From a virus: a stretch of DNA of 64,000 nt. Made by a program: the position numbers and the translations under genes. The DNA is taken from the IMG/VR virus record IMGVR_UViG_3300030060_005695. One strand, given 5' to 3'. Position 1 is the first letter of the stretch, and the number at the start of each line of letters is the position of its first letter. Below, one piece after another: positions 8,957-19,988 of this stretch. Below the pieces are notes generated by a model. It was given only the letters and a program-made list of their open reading frames with translations. It searched no databases and was not told where the DNA came from.

Positions 8957-10861
8957 ATGGAAGTATCAAATAAGATTCTGTCGGATATTACTGTCTACAT
9001 GAAGTACGCTAAGTATATTCCGGAACTAAATAGAAGAGAAACGTGGGATGAATTAGTTACCCGAAATAAAAAAATGCATATAAAGAAATATCCGCATTTA
9101 AAAGAAGAAATAGAACAAAAATACAAATTTGTTTATGATAAAAAAGTTTTACCCTCAATGAGAAGTATGCAATTTGGTGGTAAACCTATTGAGATTAGTC
9201 CTAATAGAATCTATAACTGTGCTTATGTACCTATTGACCATATTGACTCTTTTAGTGAGACAATGTTTTTATTACTGGGAGGTACAGGTGTTGGATATTC
9301 GGTACAAAAACACCATGTAAAAAAATTACCCGTAATCCAACAACCATATCCAAAAAGAAAGAAAAGATTCTTAATTGGTGATAGTATTGAAGGATGGGCA
9401 GACGCCATTAAAGTTCTTATGAAAACATATATGAATGGTGGTGGTAGTAGAGTAGAATTTGATTATTCTGATATTAGACCAAAAGGAGCTAGATTAATAA
9501 CATCAGGTGGTAAAGCACCAGGACCTCAACCACTAAAAGAATGTTTAGTGAAAATTGAAGGTTTATTAAATCAAAAAGAAAATGGAGAACAACTTACAAC
9601 TATTGAAGTACATGATATCGTATGTCATATTGCAGACGCGGTATTGGCAGGTGGAATACGTAGAGCAGCTCTTATTAGTTTGTTTAGTGCTGATGACGAT
9701 GCTATGATTGGATGTAAATCCGGTAATTGGTGGGAACTAAACCCACAGAGAGGTAGAGCAAATAATTCAGCATGCTTAATGAGACATAAAATTACTAAAG
9801 AATTTTTTATGGATTTATGGAAAAGGGTTGAATTATCTGGAGCGGGAGAACCTGGAATTTATTTAAACAACGATAAAGATTGGGGAACTAATCCTTGTTG
9901 TGAAATTGCTTTAAGACCAAATCAATTCTGTAACTTATGTGAAGTAAATGTCTCAAATATTGAATCACAAGAAGATTTAAATGACAGAGTTAAGGCAGCA
10001 GCATTTATAGGTACTTTACAAGCAGGATATACTTCCTTCCACTATCTAAGAGAAATATGGCAAGAAACAACTGAAAAAGATGCACTTATAGGTGTGTCAA
10101 TGACTGGTATTGGTTCTGGAAAAGTACTAAAATATGACATGAAAAAAGCTGCTAGTCTAGTAAAAAGAGAAAATACAAGAGTTTCTAAACTTATAGACAT
10201 AAATCCTTCAGCAAGATGTACGACAGTAAAACCAGCCGGAACTACGTCACTGACATTAGGAACATCTTCAGGTATTCATGCATGGCATAATGATTATTAT
10301 ATTAGAAGAGTTAGAGTTGGTAAAAATGAGGCAATTTATACCTATTTAAATATTAATCACCCAGAATTAGTTGAAGATGAATACTTCAGACCACATGATA
10401 CAGCTGTTATTAGTATACCACAAAAAGCACCGAAAGGTTCTATTTTAAGAACAGAGTCACCTTTTGATTTATTAGAAAGAGTTAAAAAGGTAGCTACAGA
10501 GTGGGTAAAATCTGGACATAGAAACGGTTCAAACTCACATAACGTGTCAGCAACAATTAGTTTAAAAGAAAATGACTGGGATAAAGCTGGAGAATGGATG
10601 TGGGAAAATAGAAAATCATATAATGGTCTATCAGTATTACCATACAATGGTGGTACCTATACACAAGCACCATTCGAAGATATCACTGAAGAACAGTATA
10701 ATGAAATGATGAAATCTTTAAAAGATGTTGATTTAAGTAAGGTAGTTGAATTAGATGACAATACAAATTTAACTGGTGAATTAGCATGTGCGGGAGGAAG
10801 TTGTGAAATAGATGTAGATGTTAAATCTCTTGATAAAGAAAAAGAAGTTGAATTAAGTTAA
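8957..10861 (+). CDS. nrdJ: Class II (adenosylcobalamin-dependent) ribonucleotide reductase, monomeric RTPR type
   Basis: RRETW, LPSMR, NCAY, GGTGVG, GGIRRAA, GTNPCCEI, FCNLCE, TTVKPAGT, C-terminal ACAGGSCE; no nrdB nearby. Confidence 0.93.
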   Translation: MEVSNKILSDITVYMKYAKYIPELNRRETWDELVTRNKKMHIKKYPHLKEEIEQKYKFVYDKKVLPSMRSMQFGGKPIEISPNRIYNCAYVPIDHIDSFSETMFLLLGGTGVGYSVQKHHVKKLPVIQQPYPKRKKRFLIGDSIEGWADAIKVLMKTYMNGGGSRVEFDYSDIRPKGARLITSGGKAPGPQPLKECLVKIEGLLNQKENGEQLTTIEVHDIVCHIADAVLAGGIRRAALISLFSADDDAMIGCKSGNWWELNPQRGRANNSACLMRHKITKEFFMDLWKRVELSGAGEPGIYLNNDKDWGTNPCCEIALRPNQFCNLCEVNVSNIESQEDLNDRVKAAAFIGTLQAGYTSFHYLREIWQETTEKDALIGVSMTGIGSGKVLKYDMKKAASLVKRENTRVSKLIDINPSARCTTVKPAGTTSLTLGTSSGIHAWHNDYYIRRVRVGKNEAIYTYLNINHPELVEDEYFRPHDTAVISIPQKAPKGSILRTESPFDLLERVKKVATEWVKSGHRNGSNSHNVSATISLKENDWDKAGEWMWENRKSYNGLSVLPYNGGTYTQAPFEDITEEQYNEMMKSLKDVDLSKVVELDDNTNLTGELACAGGSCEIDVDVKSLDKEKEVELS

Positions 10862-10881
10862 ACTAAGATTTAAAATAAATT

Positions 10882-10919
10882 ATAATAAATGGTGATTCTT
10901 TTGAGTCACCATTTATTAT
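10882..10919. terminator. Long stem-loop, probable (bidirectional) intrinsic terminator after nrdJ
   Basis: ATAATAAATGGTGATTC-TTTT-GAGTCACCATTTATTAT: 17-bp stem with one G.U pair. Confidence 0.75.
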
Positions 10920-10934
10920 CTAATATAAATTAAA

Positions 10935-11141
10935 ATGAAAATAAAAGACGACTGGATTGAAGAATTATATTATAGAGAATTTATAAAACCTAAATTACAA
11001 CCAAAAGATTTTTACTGGGAAGAAGGTAGAATGGTGATGACAGAAGAGTACCACAAAAAAAGAGGCTATTGTTGCGGTAACAACTGTAGACACTGTCCAT
11101 ACCAACCAATCCATCAACAAAACAATAAAGTATTAGCATAA
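10935..11141 (+). CDS. Small Cys-rich DUF5522-like protein
   Basis: DFYWEEGRMVMTEEYHKKRGYCCGNNCRHCPY. Confidence 0.8.
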   Translation: MKIKDDWIEELYYREFIKPKLQPKDFYWEEGRMVMTEEYHKKRGYCCGNNCRHCPYQPIHQQNNKVLA

Positions 11142-11192
11142 CAACCAACACTATAATAAACCAATCTTTGAAGTATTTATTATAAAAAAGAA

Positions 11193-11660
11193 ATGCCAAC
11201 ACAAAGATACGGTATAACATTTCCATTTGTAGATAGTCCAGAAGGATTTTTTTTAGGACTAAACACAGATACGGATAGTGAAGTGAGGTCTAACCTAATT
11301 CATTTAGTACTTACCCCAAAAGGGTCTAGGTATTTTTTACCTGATTTTGGTACTAATTTAAATAAATATGTTTTTGAATTAATGGATACCACCACTAAAA
11401 TATCTATTGAGAGAGAAATAAGGGAAGCGGTCAATAAGTATATACCGGGATTAACCATAAATAGTGTTGAGGTAAAAACTTTAGAAGATTTAAAAGCTGA
11501 AGAAAAATTAAATGAACAAACTACAGATTTATCGATGGATGATGGTAATATGAGTTTTGTTGGTGAAGCACAAAGAAATTACTCCATGAGAGTTAGAATT
11601 GATTACACATCAGGAGATGGTGTGTTTGAAACTAAAGATTTTGTTATAATAGATTTATAG
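11193..11660 (+). CDS. Baseplate wedge subunit, gp25-like
   Basis: YGITFPF, VRSNLIHLVLTPKGSRYFLPDFGTNL..YVFE, IREAVNKYIP. Confidence 0.9.
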   Translation: MPTQRYGITFPFVDSPEGFFLGLNTDTDSEVRSNLIHLVLTPKGSRYFLPDFGTNLNKYVFELMDTTTKISIEREIREAVNKYIPGLTINSVEVKTLEDLKAEEKLNEQTTDLSMDDGNMSFVGEAQRNYSMRVRIDYTSGDGVFETKDFVIIDL

Positions 11661-11661
11661 T

Positions 11662-13500
11662 ATGGCAGAGAAAAAAATAGCATATACAGAAAGAGATTTT
11701 CTAGGAGTAAGAAATGAGTTATTAAGATTAACTAATACTTACTATCCAGATTTAATTAAAAACGCGAATGACGCTTCTATATATTCTGTATTTTTAGACC
11801 TTAATGCTGCGGTAGCAGACAATTTAAACTTCCAGATAGACAGGACATTCCAAGAGACAGTTTTACAATACGCACAAGAAAGAAGTTCTTTATATAATAT
11901 AGCAAAAACTTATGGGTTAAAAATACCTGGTAATAGACCTTCTGTTACGGTTGTAGATTTGTCTATCATAGTACCAGTATTAGGTGATAAAGAAGATTTT
12001 AAATATTTGGGTAGATTAAGAGCTGGTTCACAATTTAGAGGTGCGGGTCAAGTATTTGAATTGGTTGAAGATTGTGATTTTTCATCTCAATATAATGCAG
12101 AAGGAGTACCCAACCAAACTAAAATACCTAATAAAGACGCAAATGGGATAACCCAAAATTACACAATAGTGAAGAGAGAGGTTGTTGTTAATGGGATAAC
12201 TAAAGTATTTAAAAAAGAAATTACAGATGCGGACTCCAAACCGTTCTATAAAATATTTTTACCTGAAAAAAATGTAATTGGTGTAACATCCGTAATACAA
12301 AAACCAGGACTAGGATACCAAACTATACCAGCAAATAGTGAATTCCTATCAACCACTTCTAATAAGTGGTATGAAGTTGAAGCATTAGCACAAAATGAAG
12401 TTTTTGTGTTAGACCCATCTATACCTGCTGATATGCCAGGAATTAAAGTTGGTAAATATATAACAGTACCACAAAGATTTATAACAGAATTTACACCGGA
12501 AGGATTTTTTCATTTAACATTTGGTAGTGGGAACCAAACCTCCCAAGACCTATTAGATAATTTTGCATCTAAAGGTGTTAAATTAAATATGTCTAAATTT
12601 TTAAATAATATAGCTTTAGGTAATTCAGTTAAAGCAAATACCACACTTTTCATACAATATAGAGTTGGGGGTGGTAAAGCCGCAAATATTGGAGCTGGTG
12701 CAGTTAATACGGTGGGCACTATAGATTTTGTGGTCGGTGGTCCCAGTCAACAAATAAACCAAACTGTCGTAAGTAGTTTAGCTGTGACTAATACTACCGC
12801 TGCTATCGGGGGAGCAAACCAAATGACACCAGATGAAATAAGAAATTATATATCTTTTAATTTTGCAGCTCAAAATAGAGGGGTGACAATTAATGACTAT
12901 GTTTCTAAATTAAGAACTATGCCGGCTACATTTGGTGCACCCGCAAAAGTTGGTGTGACAGAAATAGAAAATAAAGTTAACGTTAATGTACTTTCATACA
13001 CCCCAGATGGTAAACTAACTTCATTAGTTAGTGATACTCTTAAAAATAATATAGCAAATTATTTATCTAATTATAGGATGTTAAACGACTATGTTGTTGT
13101 GGGTGCCGCTAGAGTGATAGATTTAGCTTTTTCTATTGACCTAATTTTAGAAAAAGATGCAAATGAAGGTGAAATAGTGACTAATGTTATAACCAAAATA
13201 AGTGATTATTTTGCTGTTGACAAAATGGAATTAGGTGAAGACTTAGCTTTAGGTAACTTAAGAGCTTTTATTATGAACCAACCGGGAGTCTTAAATCTAA
13301 CTGATATTTTAGTTTTTAATAAAGTAGGGGGTAATTATTCACAATCAGTAACAACACAACCTTATGTTAACGCGACTACAAAACAAATAGGGTTAATTGA
13401 CGATACTATCTACGCTCAACCAAACGAAGTACTTCAAATACGTTTTCCAAACCAAGACATCGCAATTAGATACAAGAAACCATCTAAACCAGTACTTTAA
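11662..13500 (+). CDS. Baseplate wedge subunit, T4 gp6 / baseplate-J-like
   Basis: YTERDF, LQYAQERSSLYNIAKTYG, LTFGSG, YRVGGGKAAN, AIGGA, AQNRGVTINDY; follows gp25. Confidence 0.88.
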   Translation: MAEKKIAYTERDFLGVRNELLRLTNTYYPDLIKNANDASIYSVFLDLNAAVADNLNFQIDRTFQETVLQYAQERSSLYNIAKTYGLKIPGNRPSVTVVDLSIIVPVLGDKEDFKYLGRLRAGSQFRGAGQVFELVEDCDFSSQYNAEGVPNQTKIPNKDANGITQNYTIVKREVVVNGITKVFKKEITDADSKPFYKIFLPEKNVIGVTSVIQKPGLGYQTIPANSEFLSTTSNKWYEVEALAQNEVFVLDPSIPADMPGIKVGKYITVPQRFITEFTPEGFFHLTFGSGNQTSQDLLDNFASKGVKLNMSKFLNNIALGNSVKANTTLFIQYRVGGGKAANIGAGAVNTVGTIDFVVGGPSQQINQTVVSSLAVTNTTAAIGGANQMTPDEIRNYISFNFAAQNRGVTINDYVSKLRTMPATFGAPAKVGVTEIENKVNVNVLSYTPDGKLTSLVSDTLKNNIANYLSNYRMLNDYVVVGAARVIDLAFSIDLILEKDANEGEIVTNVITKISDYFAVDKMELGEDLALGNLRAFIMNQPGVLNLTDILVFNKVGGNYSQSVTTQPYVNATTKQIGLIDDTIYAQPNEVLQIRFPNQDIAIRYKKPSKPVL

Positions 13501-13613
13501 TAATCTTTACTATAACCGCATGTTAAGTACTTTTAGTTTTAATGGTGGAACTATTTATGTTATAAGCACCATAAATGCAATAAATTATTTTAGGGGGTGT
13601 AATAATATAAACT

Positions 13614-16600
13614 ATGGGTAAATCATTTAGAGTAAGGACAGATGTTAGAGTTGGTGGAGCAAAAGACAAGAATGTAACTTTTGAACTCAGCCAAAACTTT
13701 GACTTACTTGAAATTCTTAGTCTTTCATTAACACAACAAGATGTTTATACACGTATGTGTGCAGATTTTGGTGTAGTTGTTGGTAGGGTTATAACTAACG
13801 GAGGATTCGGAATACCAAACGCCAAAGTATCTATATTTATCCCACTAACCGAAGAAGATGAACAAAACCTCGTAATAAAAGAACTTTATCCCTTCAAAGA
13901 ACCCTTTGACGTAACTGAAGATGGTAAAAGATATAATCTATTAAGTAGCGAACCAAACTTTGACTGTCATGTTACAGTTGGTAGTTTTCCTACATTAAAT
14001 GATGTTTTAAACAAACAAGAGGTAAAACACGTGTACGATAAGTACTATAAGTATACGGTTAAAACTAATGAGTCAGGTGACTTTATGATATATGGTGTTC
14101 CAGTAGGGGACCAAACTATCATCATGGATGTTGATGTAAGTGACATAGGTTGTTTTTCTTTATTACCAGAAGATTTTAAGATAAAAGGATTTCCAGACTC
14201 TGATTTTGATGGAGCAAAATTTAGAGATGATATAGTTATAGACAGCCTACCTCAAGTACTAAGTCAACAAAAATCTATAGATGTTAGACCTTTTTGGGGT
14301 GACGAAGAATTTTGTAGAGCGGCAATAACTAGGGTTGATTTTGATTTAGGACAAACAGGGTTTAAATTAGAACCTAATGCTGTGTTTATGGGTAGTACCG
14401 CATCTGATACTGACAAAGATTCTGTAAATAAAAACTGTAGACCAAAAGCAGCAATGGGTGAACTATGTAGTCTAATATCCAAACCAGGGATAATAGATTG
14501 TATAAGGTATACCCCATTTTTCCAAGATGACCCAAATGCTTACCCCGCTTATACAGCAGGAGGGTGGGGTGCACCTCTAGGTGGAGAAGTTCCAATACTT
14601 GAAAGATTTTACTTACCTAATGGGGGTAGGGTAATTGACGATACAGGTTCTTTCTTAGTCCACGTACCAATGAATTTAGATTATATGACAACTAATGAAT
14701 TTGGGGAAATGGTACTTTCAGATGACCCAAGTATAGGGGTACCTACTAGAGCGAGATGTAGATTTAGAATAAGACCTGAACAAGCAACGGGAGGAGCAAG
14801 ACAAAGAAGAATAGCTAGTTACCTAGTACCTAACATCAGGGAATTTTATGACCCATGGGCAGGTGACGATAATGGGGATTGGCCAGGTATAGACCCTTCT
14901 TCTTACGCTTTTTCTGTAAATTATAGTGACTACAATCCTTGGGCACAAAGAAATTTAATGCCTGCAGCAAAAGATGTTTTTTATGACATGACATTTAACA
15001 GGGTATATACTTTTTCACAATTTCATGACCATATTAAACATGGTGGTAGAAGAGAATTTGTGGGTATAAAAAATATATTACCTGAAGCGGACCAACAATG
15101 TGCTACCACAGCAATGTTTTTCCCAATAAATAGTGCGGTAAGAGCTCCTAGTTTAATGGTATTCCTTTGGATGTTCCTTATAGATTTTCTAGGGATGATT
15201 TACATGTTCTTAACAATACTAATATCAACACTAGCTGTATTCTTAAGCTTAATACTGGGGGTTATATTATTTATTATGTGGTTATTATGTTGGCTTTGGT
15301 GTGCAATATATTGTATTCGTATCACTCTTTGGGGTTTTACAATATTAGATATGGCTTCCCTAATTGGACCTAATGGTGCACCACCAGAAGAATGTGGACA
15401 AATTTGTATTAGTGGTCCTAATTGTTTTGGTTGTGCTACTGATTGTAGGTATTTTGGTTTAAGAATGGGGTTTGTATTGTTTACTTTAAGACAAACAAAA
15501 TATCCTGAGTGTGAAAAATGTTTATGTAGGACTATGGGTGATATGGCAGTAACAGATTCTCTTATATACCTAGCCTCACAATGGCCTTGCCCTGGTTCAT
15601 TACCATGGGGAGCATCCGGTAATACCACGTCAACTTCCTCATCAACATGTGTACCACAATGTCCACCAGGTAATGGTGCTACTGGTGATGACTTTGGTGG
15701 TAAATGGGAACACGATTGTTGTTCCGAAAGTGACGAAACAAGAGTTTGTTGTCCAGACCATTATGGTTTTAGGTCGGATGATGTCAATGACCCCCAAACA
15801 TCAGGTACTACAAATGATGGGGTTGCGGGTGGTGGCTGCTATGTAAAATTAATATGTTTTAGCCCAGCTTGTATCGGAGCAAACTACAATCTTAAAGTTT
15901 TAATAGAATGGACTAGAAGGGAAAAAATAGCACAAGCATTGTGTAATGGTGTTATGAATTATTTTTGGGAAAATAGTTGGGTAAGTGGATTCTTATACCA
16001 ATTCCAGTTTAGAGCTAAAGTAGAGTATGACCCAGCAAATGATACTTATGCCACAAATTCAACGTGGTGTAAAAAATTAACCTACCTACACCCAACAGAA
16101 CATGCTTTCTATTATAGGTCAACCCCTTTCCAAGTTAGTGGTATCGGTGTAAATCAAGGTAATTATATTGGTGATACTGACGGAGTTTATAAACCATGGT
16201 ATCAGTTCTGGGGTGGTAACAACACAAGTGATATGCATGGTAAAGGTGATATGGATAGACACATACTATTCCCAACGACAATGGTAGATATGGGTTCCAG
16301 AAATCAATGTATACAACAAATCTGTATGGACCCTAATTATGTTAATGAATGTTCAGTTACTGACCAGATAGGTAGTACAACATTCCAAGACATTACAGAA
16401 CTTGTTTCTGACACCTATAACCTTAAAATGCAACAACCACTAGCTTCAATGTCTACTTTCTTCCCACGTCCAGAATACGAAATTGGTGGTGATGTCGCAC
16501 AAGCACTTATGCAAAACTGTATGTTAGGTGTGGTAGGGTATGAAGCTAATGTAGGTACAACAGCTTGTGAATGTGACTACCAACTTAATATATCTACAAC

Positions 16601-17270
16601 ACCAACAAATGTGGCACCAAATAGTGGATTAACATACCCATCACCAAATTTTGTTGGAGGTACATATGTACCAAATGCACTTAATGTAAATGACATAAAT
16701 GACCCAGGAAACTTTACACACACTCTTTTATGGGAACCACTATTATTTACTGCTTCCACTCAAGTGATTATGAATGGTCAAGATTTGATAGATTGCTTAA
16801 CAATGGAATTATCCGCATCCAGTCAAAATGTTCCATTTTATCCATGGCATTTGGATAATGTTAGTTCAACCGCTACCGTAGGTGGTCAACCATACGGAGG
16901 TTGGGGTACAGTTTGGAATGATTGGTTAGGTACTACTGGAGAATATAGATATGCATTTGGTATACCAGGACCAGCAATGTCTATACTACCAGCAATATCA
17001 TTTGATGAAGAAGACGGTTCGGTACTACATCCAGCACCGGCATCTGCACCATATGTGAGTGACGGGAACTTCCAACACTATATGGGTAACCCACCATTTA
17101 CATTTGCCGGTAATAATTATCCTGTCATGAATGGTACTATTCCAGACAGTAGGTCTTATGTGTTCTCTCAACCACTATTTTATTATTTTGGATTAAGACC
17201 AGGTGCTACATCATTTAACACCTTTGTGAGAAAATACGTTGATGAAGAATTAGCTGATACAGTAATATAA
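13614..17270 (+). CDS. Large putative virion/baseplate-associated protein with carboxypeptidase-regulatory-like N-domain, long hydrophobic segment and Cys-rich regions
   Basis: GVVVGRV....GFGIPNAKVSIF, TVKTNESGDFMIYGVPVG; hydrophobic run about aa 514-585; C-terminal YYFGLRPG; position in baseplate operon. Confidence 0.6.
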   Translation: MGKSFRVRTDVRVGGAKDKNVTFELSQNFDLLEILSLSLTQQDVYTRMCADFGVVVGRVITNGGFGIPNAKVSIFIPLTEEDEQNLVIKELYPFKEPFDVTEDGKRYNLLSSEPNFDCHVTVGSFPTLNDVLNKQEVKHVYDKYYKYTVKTNESGDFMIYGVPVGDQTIIMDVDVSDIGCFSLLPEDFKIKGFPDSDFDGAKFRDDIVIDSLPQVLSQQKSIDVRPFWGDEEFCRAAITRVDFDLGQTGFKLEPNAVFMGSTASDTDKDSVNKNCRPKAAMGELCSLISKPGIIDCIRYTPFFQDDPNAYPAYTAGGWGAPLGGEVPILERFYLPNGGRVIDDTGSFLVHVPMNLDYMTTNEFGEMVLSDDPSIGVPTRARCRFRIRPEQATGGARQRRIASYLVPNIREFYDPWAGDDNGDWPGIDPSSYAFSVNYSDYNPWAQRNLMPAAKDVFYDMTFNRVYTFSQFHDHIKHGGRREFVGIKNILPEADQQCATTAMFFPINSAVRAPSLMVFLWMFLIDFLGMIYMFLTILISTLAVFLSLILGVILFIMWLLCWLWCAIYCIRITLWGFTILDMASLIGPNGAPPEECGQICISGPNCFGCATDCRYFGLRMGFVLFTLRQTKYPECEKCLCRTMGDMAVTDSLIYLASQWPCPGSLPWGASGNTTSTSSSTCVPQCPPGNGATGDDFGGKWEHDCCSESDETRVCCPDHYGFRSDDVNDPQTSGTTNDGVAGGGCYVKLICFSPACIGANYNLKVLIEWTRREKIAQALCNGVMNYFWENSWVSGFLYQFQFRAKVEYDPANDTYATNSTWCKKLTYLHPTEHAFYYRSTPFQVSGIGVNQGNYIGDTDGVYKPWYQFWGGNNTSDMHGKGDMDRHILFPTTMVDMGSRNQCIQQICMDPNYVNECSVTDQIGSTTFQDITELVSDTYNLKMQQPLASMSTFFPRPEYEIGGDVAQALMQNCMLGVVGYEANVGTTACECDYQLNISTTPTNVAPNSGLTYPSPNFVGGTYVPNALNVNDINDPGNFTHTLLWEPLLFTASTQVIMNGQDLIDCLTMELSASSQNVPFYPWHLDNVSSTATVGGQPYGGWGTVWNDWLGTTGEYRYAFGIPGPAMSILPAISFDEEDGSVLHPAPASAPYVSDGNFQHYMGNPPFTFAGNNYPVMNGTIPDSRSYVFSQPLFYYFGLRPGATSFNTFVRKYVDEELADTVI

Positions 17271-19054
17271 TGAGTAACGAAAAAAACATAAGAATTGTAA
17301 GAGGTGAAGCTAGATTTGCTGGTTCACCAAATAACGACGTGCAGTTACAACCATTTTTAGAATCTACACAAAAACAAATACATGAGGGGGATAGAAATTT
17401 AGTTTTGGACCTTAGAGACCAATTTGATTTTGAAAGGGCTTATTCAACACAATATAGGTTATATGGAAAAATAGATATACTTTACAATAATATAATTAGT
17501 GGGAGTACTCAGGATACTACATTTATGAGGTCAATGTACTTTATTCCAGATTTTTTGGGTTGTCCACAAACAGCAGGTGTACCACCAACTACCTGCTCGG
17601 GTTTACCACCAGCTAGTACATTTACAATAATACCACCTAAAAGATATGGTATTTTTGCAAGTCAAGCGGGTTGGGAACCACTTTTAGCACATCAAGATAA
17701 TTGGGTACAATATATATCTTATGTTAACGATGCAGACTCCAATCAAAGAATGATGTACTATACCGACTATTCTACGAATTCTGGTATGCAGTTTGTATCG
17801 GGAGATGGTATACCTTTTATACCTATAACAACCAATACAGATGGTAAGGAAGTTTTACAAATAATTACACCAGTAAGACACGGTGTATTACCAGGAGAAT
17901 ATATAGAAATACAGTCAGGAGCTACTACAATGGGTAGTGCAAATCTAATGACTAATGTTACTATTCCAGTAACCTTCCCAAGTCCAGCAGGTCCACAAAC
18001 TATATTCAAAGTAGATTATTTGGGTAACGGTTTGGAAAATTCAGAGGACTACGTGATGAATATTACAACAGTTGGTCTAGACGTAACATCAATACCAGCA
18101 AATCCAGTGGGTACACTTAAAAGAGTAATTAATCCAGAAAATATGTTGGAAACAAAATCTGAATATTATTGCCAAATACATAAGTTAATAACAAACCCAA
18201 ATGACCTTACAGTAGATAAAACAGGGTTTGAAAGAGGAATATATAATAAAAGAGGTAGGGTATTTCCTAGAAAAAGAACACCAGATTACATACAAAAATC
18301 TGTACTAAACCAAGCCTATGATTCATTTTTATGGAATTGTAATTATAATATTAATAGTGATGACTACTATGACCAATTTAATAGACCATTAACTGAATTT
18401 TATTTAACAATTTTAACTACAAATAGAAATCTCATATGGGATTGGAATCCGGGAATCAATTCTCCAGCAGGTTATGGTTGGGGTTGGAATTTTAAAAAGA
18501 ATGGTGTTGTGGACCCATTTGTGGATAATGGGACATCACCAGTTAATTTAACACAAACTGGAAATCAGGGAGTTAATCCACTACCACTTAGTGGTTCTAC
18601 ATTTAGGGGTGCTTTTGCTGAGTATAATCCATTTGAATTAAAAGAAAGGGTAATTTCTGAAATAGGACATTCACTAAAATTTAATAGGAATACTATGTAT
18701 AAAGTAGGGGGTACACCAGGTTATGATTTTGTAGAATCTATATTTAAATACAACCCACACCACAAAATTCCTATAAGAAAATTCTCAAATTATATAAGTT
18801 ATAATGATAGTCTGTTTACATCACCCCAGTATGCTGTTTATTCTTTATCAGAGGAAACATTTAGGTGGAGAGAAATTTTACCGGTAGAAGCTTATGAGGA
18901 TGGGGATAATGGTGTGAGTTATCCTTATTTAAATGATGCACACTACCCATACCATAATTTAGAATTTAAAATAGAGGCTGTAGGACCAGCATTAATCCCA
19001 CTAACCTCAGGAACAATAAGTATATTAACTGAATACACAGATGGCTGTCAATAG
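17270..19054 (+). CDS. Putative structural protein
   Basis: 594 aa, coupled to neighbours in the baseplate operon. Confidence 0.55.
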   Translation: MSNEKNIRIVRGEARFAGSPNNDVQLQPFLESTQKQIHEGDRNLVLDLRDQFDFERAYSTQYRLYGKIDILYNNIISGSTQDTTFMRSMYFIPDFLGCPQTAGVPPTTCSGLPPASTFTIIPPKRYGIFASQAGWEPLLAHQDNWVQYISYVNDADSNQRMMYYTDYSTNSGMQFVSGDGIPFIPITTNTDGKEVLQIITPVRHGVLPGEYIEIQSGATTMGSANLMTNVTIPVTFPSPAGPQTIFKVDYLGNGLENSEDYVMNITTVGLDVTSIPANPVGTLKRVINPENMLETKSEYYCQIHKLITNPNDLTVDKTGFERGIYNKRGRVFPRKRTPDYIQKSVLNQAYDSFLWNCNYNINSDDYYDQFNRPLTEFYLTILTTNRNLIWDWNPGINSPAGYGWGWNFKKNGVVDPFVDNGTSPVNLTQTGNQGVNPLPLSGSTFRGAFAEYNPFELKERVISEIGHSLKFNRNTMYKVGGTPGYDFVESIFKYNPHHKIPIRKFSNYISYNDSLFTSPQYAVYSLSEETFRWREILPVEAYEDGDNGVSYPYLNDAHYPYHNLEFKIEAVGPALIPLTSGTISILTEYTDGCQ

Positions 19055-19985
19055 ATTAAACATAAAAGCTTCTACTAAAGATAAGTCTATAACTATACCT
19101 ATAGGTCAAACTTTTGATGAAATAGGTAATGAACAATTAGTTAGAACTTGGGAAGAAGTCGAGTTACAAGATAATATAAATGTTATACAAGATTATGAAA
19201 CAACTAGATATGCTTATAAAAATAATATTAGTGGTAATACCATATCTTATGAATTTAATTTTTGGGATTATGCAAATCAAGAATACCCAATACCCACACC
19301 AAACTTTAACGTTTTAGGTTTTACAGATAAAGAATTAGCAAAACCTAAAAAAGCATTTACTAGAAGTTTTTTTAAGTTTGATTTTTATGATTCACCATTA
19401 AGAAAAGAACAAAAAATAATGTTCACCAATATAATGTCTTTAAATAATTGTATAAAGGTAGAAACAGCAGTAGACCCATTACAAGACCCCACAGAATATT
19501 ACTCACAAATAGCAGACAACATTCCAATACCAATGTATGGGGTGTATGTTCCTATTGCTTTATTGGGTCCCCTACATGGTAGAAGTGAAAATTATTATAT
19601 ACAATGGTTAAAAGATAGGGAACTAACAGAAATTAATGAGTTTTATATGAGTTGTAAATTTTTTAACGCAAAAACTGGTAAAGTAACCAATATGATAAAC
19701 CAACAACCAACTCTAAGTGAAATTGTAAACGGTGAAATATTAAGTTACCCAGAATGGTTCTATTATAAAGTTAAATTATATATAAATCCCAGTAATGCAT
19801 CTACAACCGACCCAAAATATCGTTATGTGGTCACTGAATTTAATGAAGCAATTATGGCTATGGGTGGTGGTGGTGGAGTAAAAGGGACTGGTTTACCAGG
19901 TCAAACTCCAAGTGGAGCAGTACCAGGTACGTTACAAGTACCCAGTGGAACACCAATAAAATTTTTTGAATATGTAAATCCTTAA
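19041..19985 (+). CDS. Putative structural protein
   Basis: 314 aa; FTRSFFKFDFYDSP, FYMSCKFFNAKTG, PIKFFEYVNP. Confidence 0.55.
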   Translation: MAVNRLNIKASTKDKSITIPIGQTFDEIGNEQLVRTWEEVELQDNINVIQDYETTRYAYKNNISGNTISYEFNFWDYANQEYPIPTPNFNVLGFTDKELAKPKKAFTRSFFKFDFYDSPLRKEQKIMFTNIMSLNNCIKVETAVDPLQDPTEYYSQIADNIPIPMYGVYVPIALLGPLHGRSENYYIQWLKDRELTEINEFYMSCKFFNAKTGKVTNMINQQPTLSEIVNGEILSYPEWFYYKVKLYINPSNASTTDPKYRYVVTEFNEAIMAMGGGGGVKGTGLPGQTPSGAVPGTLQVPSGTPIKFFEYVNP

Positions 19986-19988
19986 TAT

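Noticed and set aside
7564-10861. Inteins or introns in helicase, RecA or NrdJ
   Set aside because: Lengths are normal and no splice or homing-endonuclease motifs were seen.
13501-13613. Structured ncRNA/tRNA in the larger intergenic gaps (ATGGTG...CACCAT pairing here)
   Set aside because: Only a 6-bp stem; no cloverleaf or recognisable RNA family; better explained as a promoter region.
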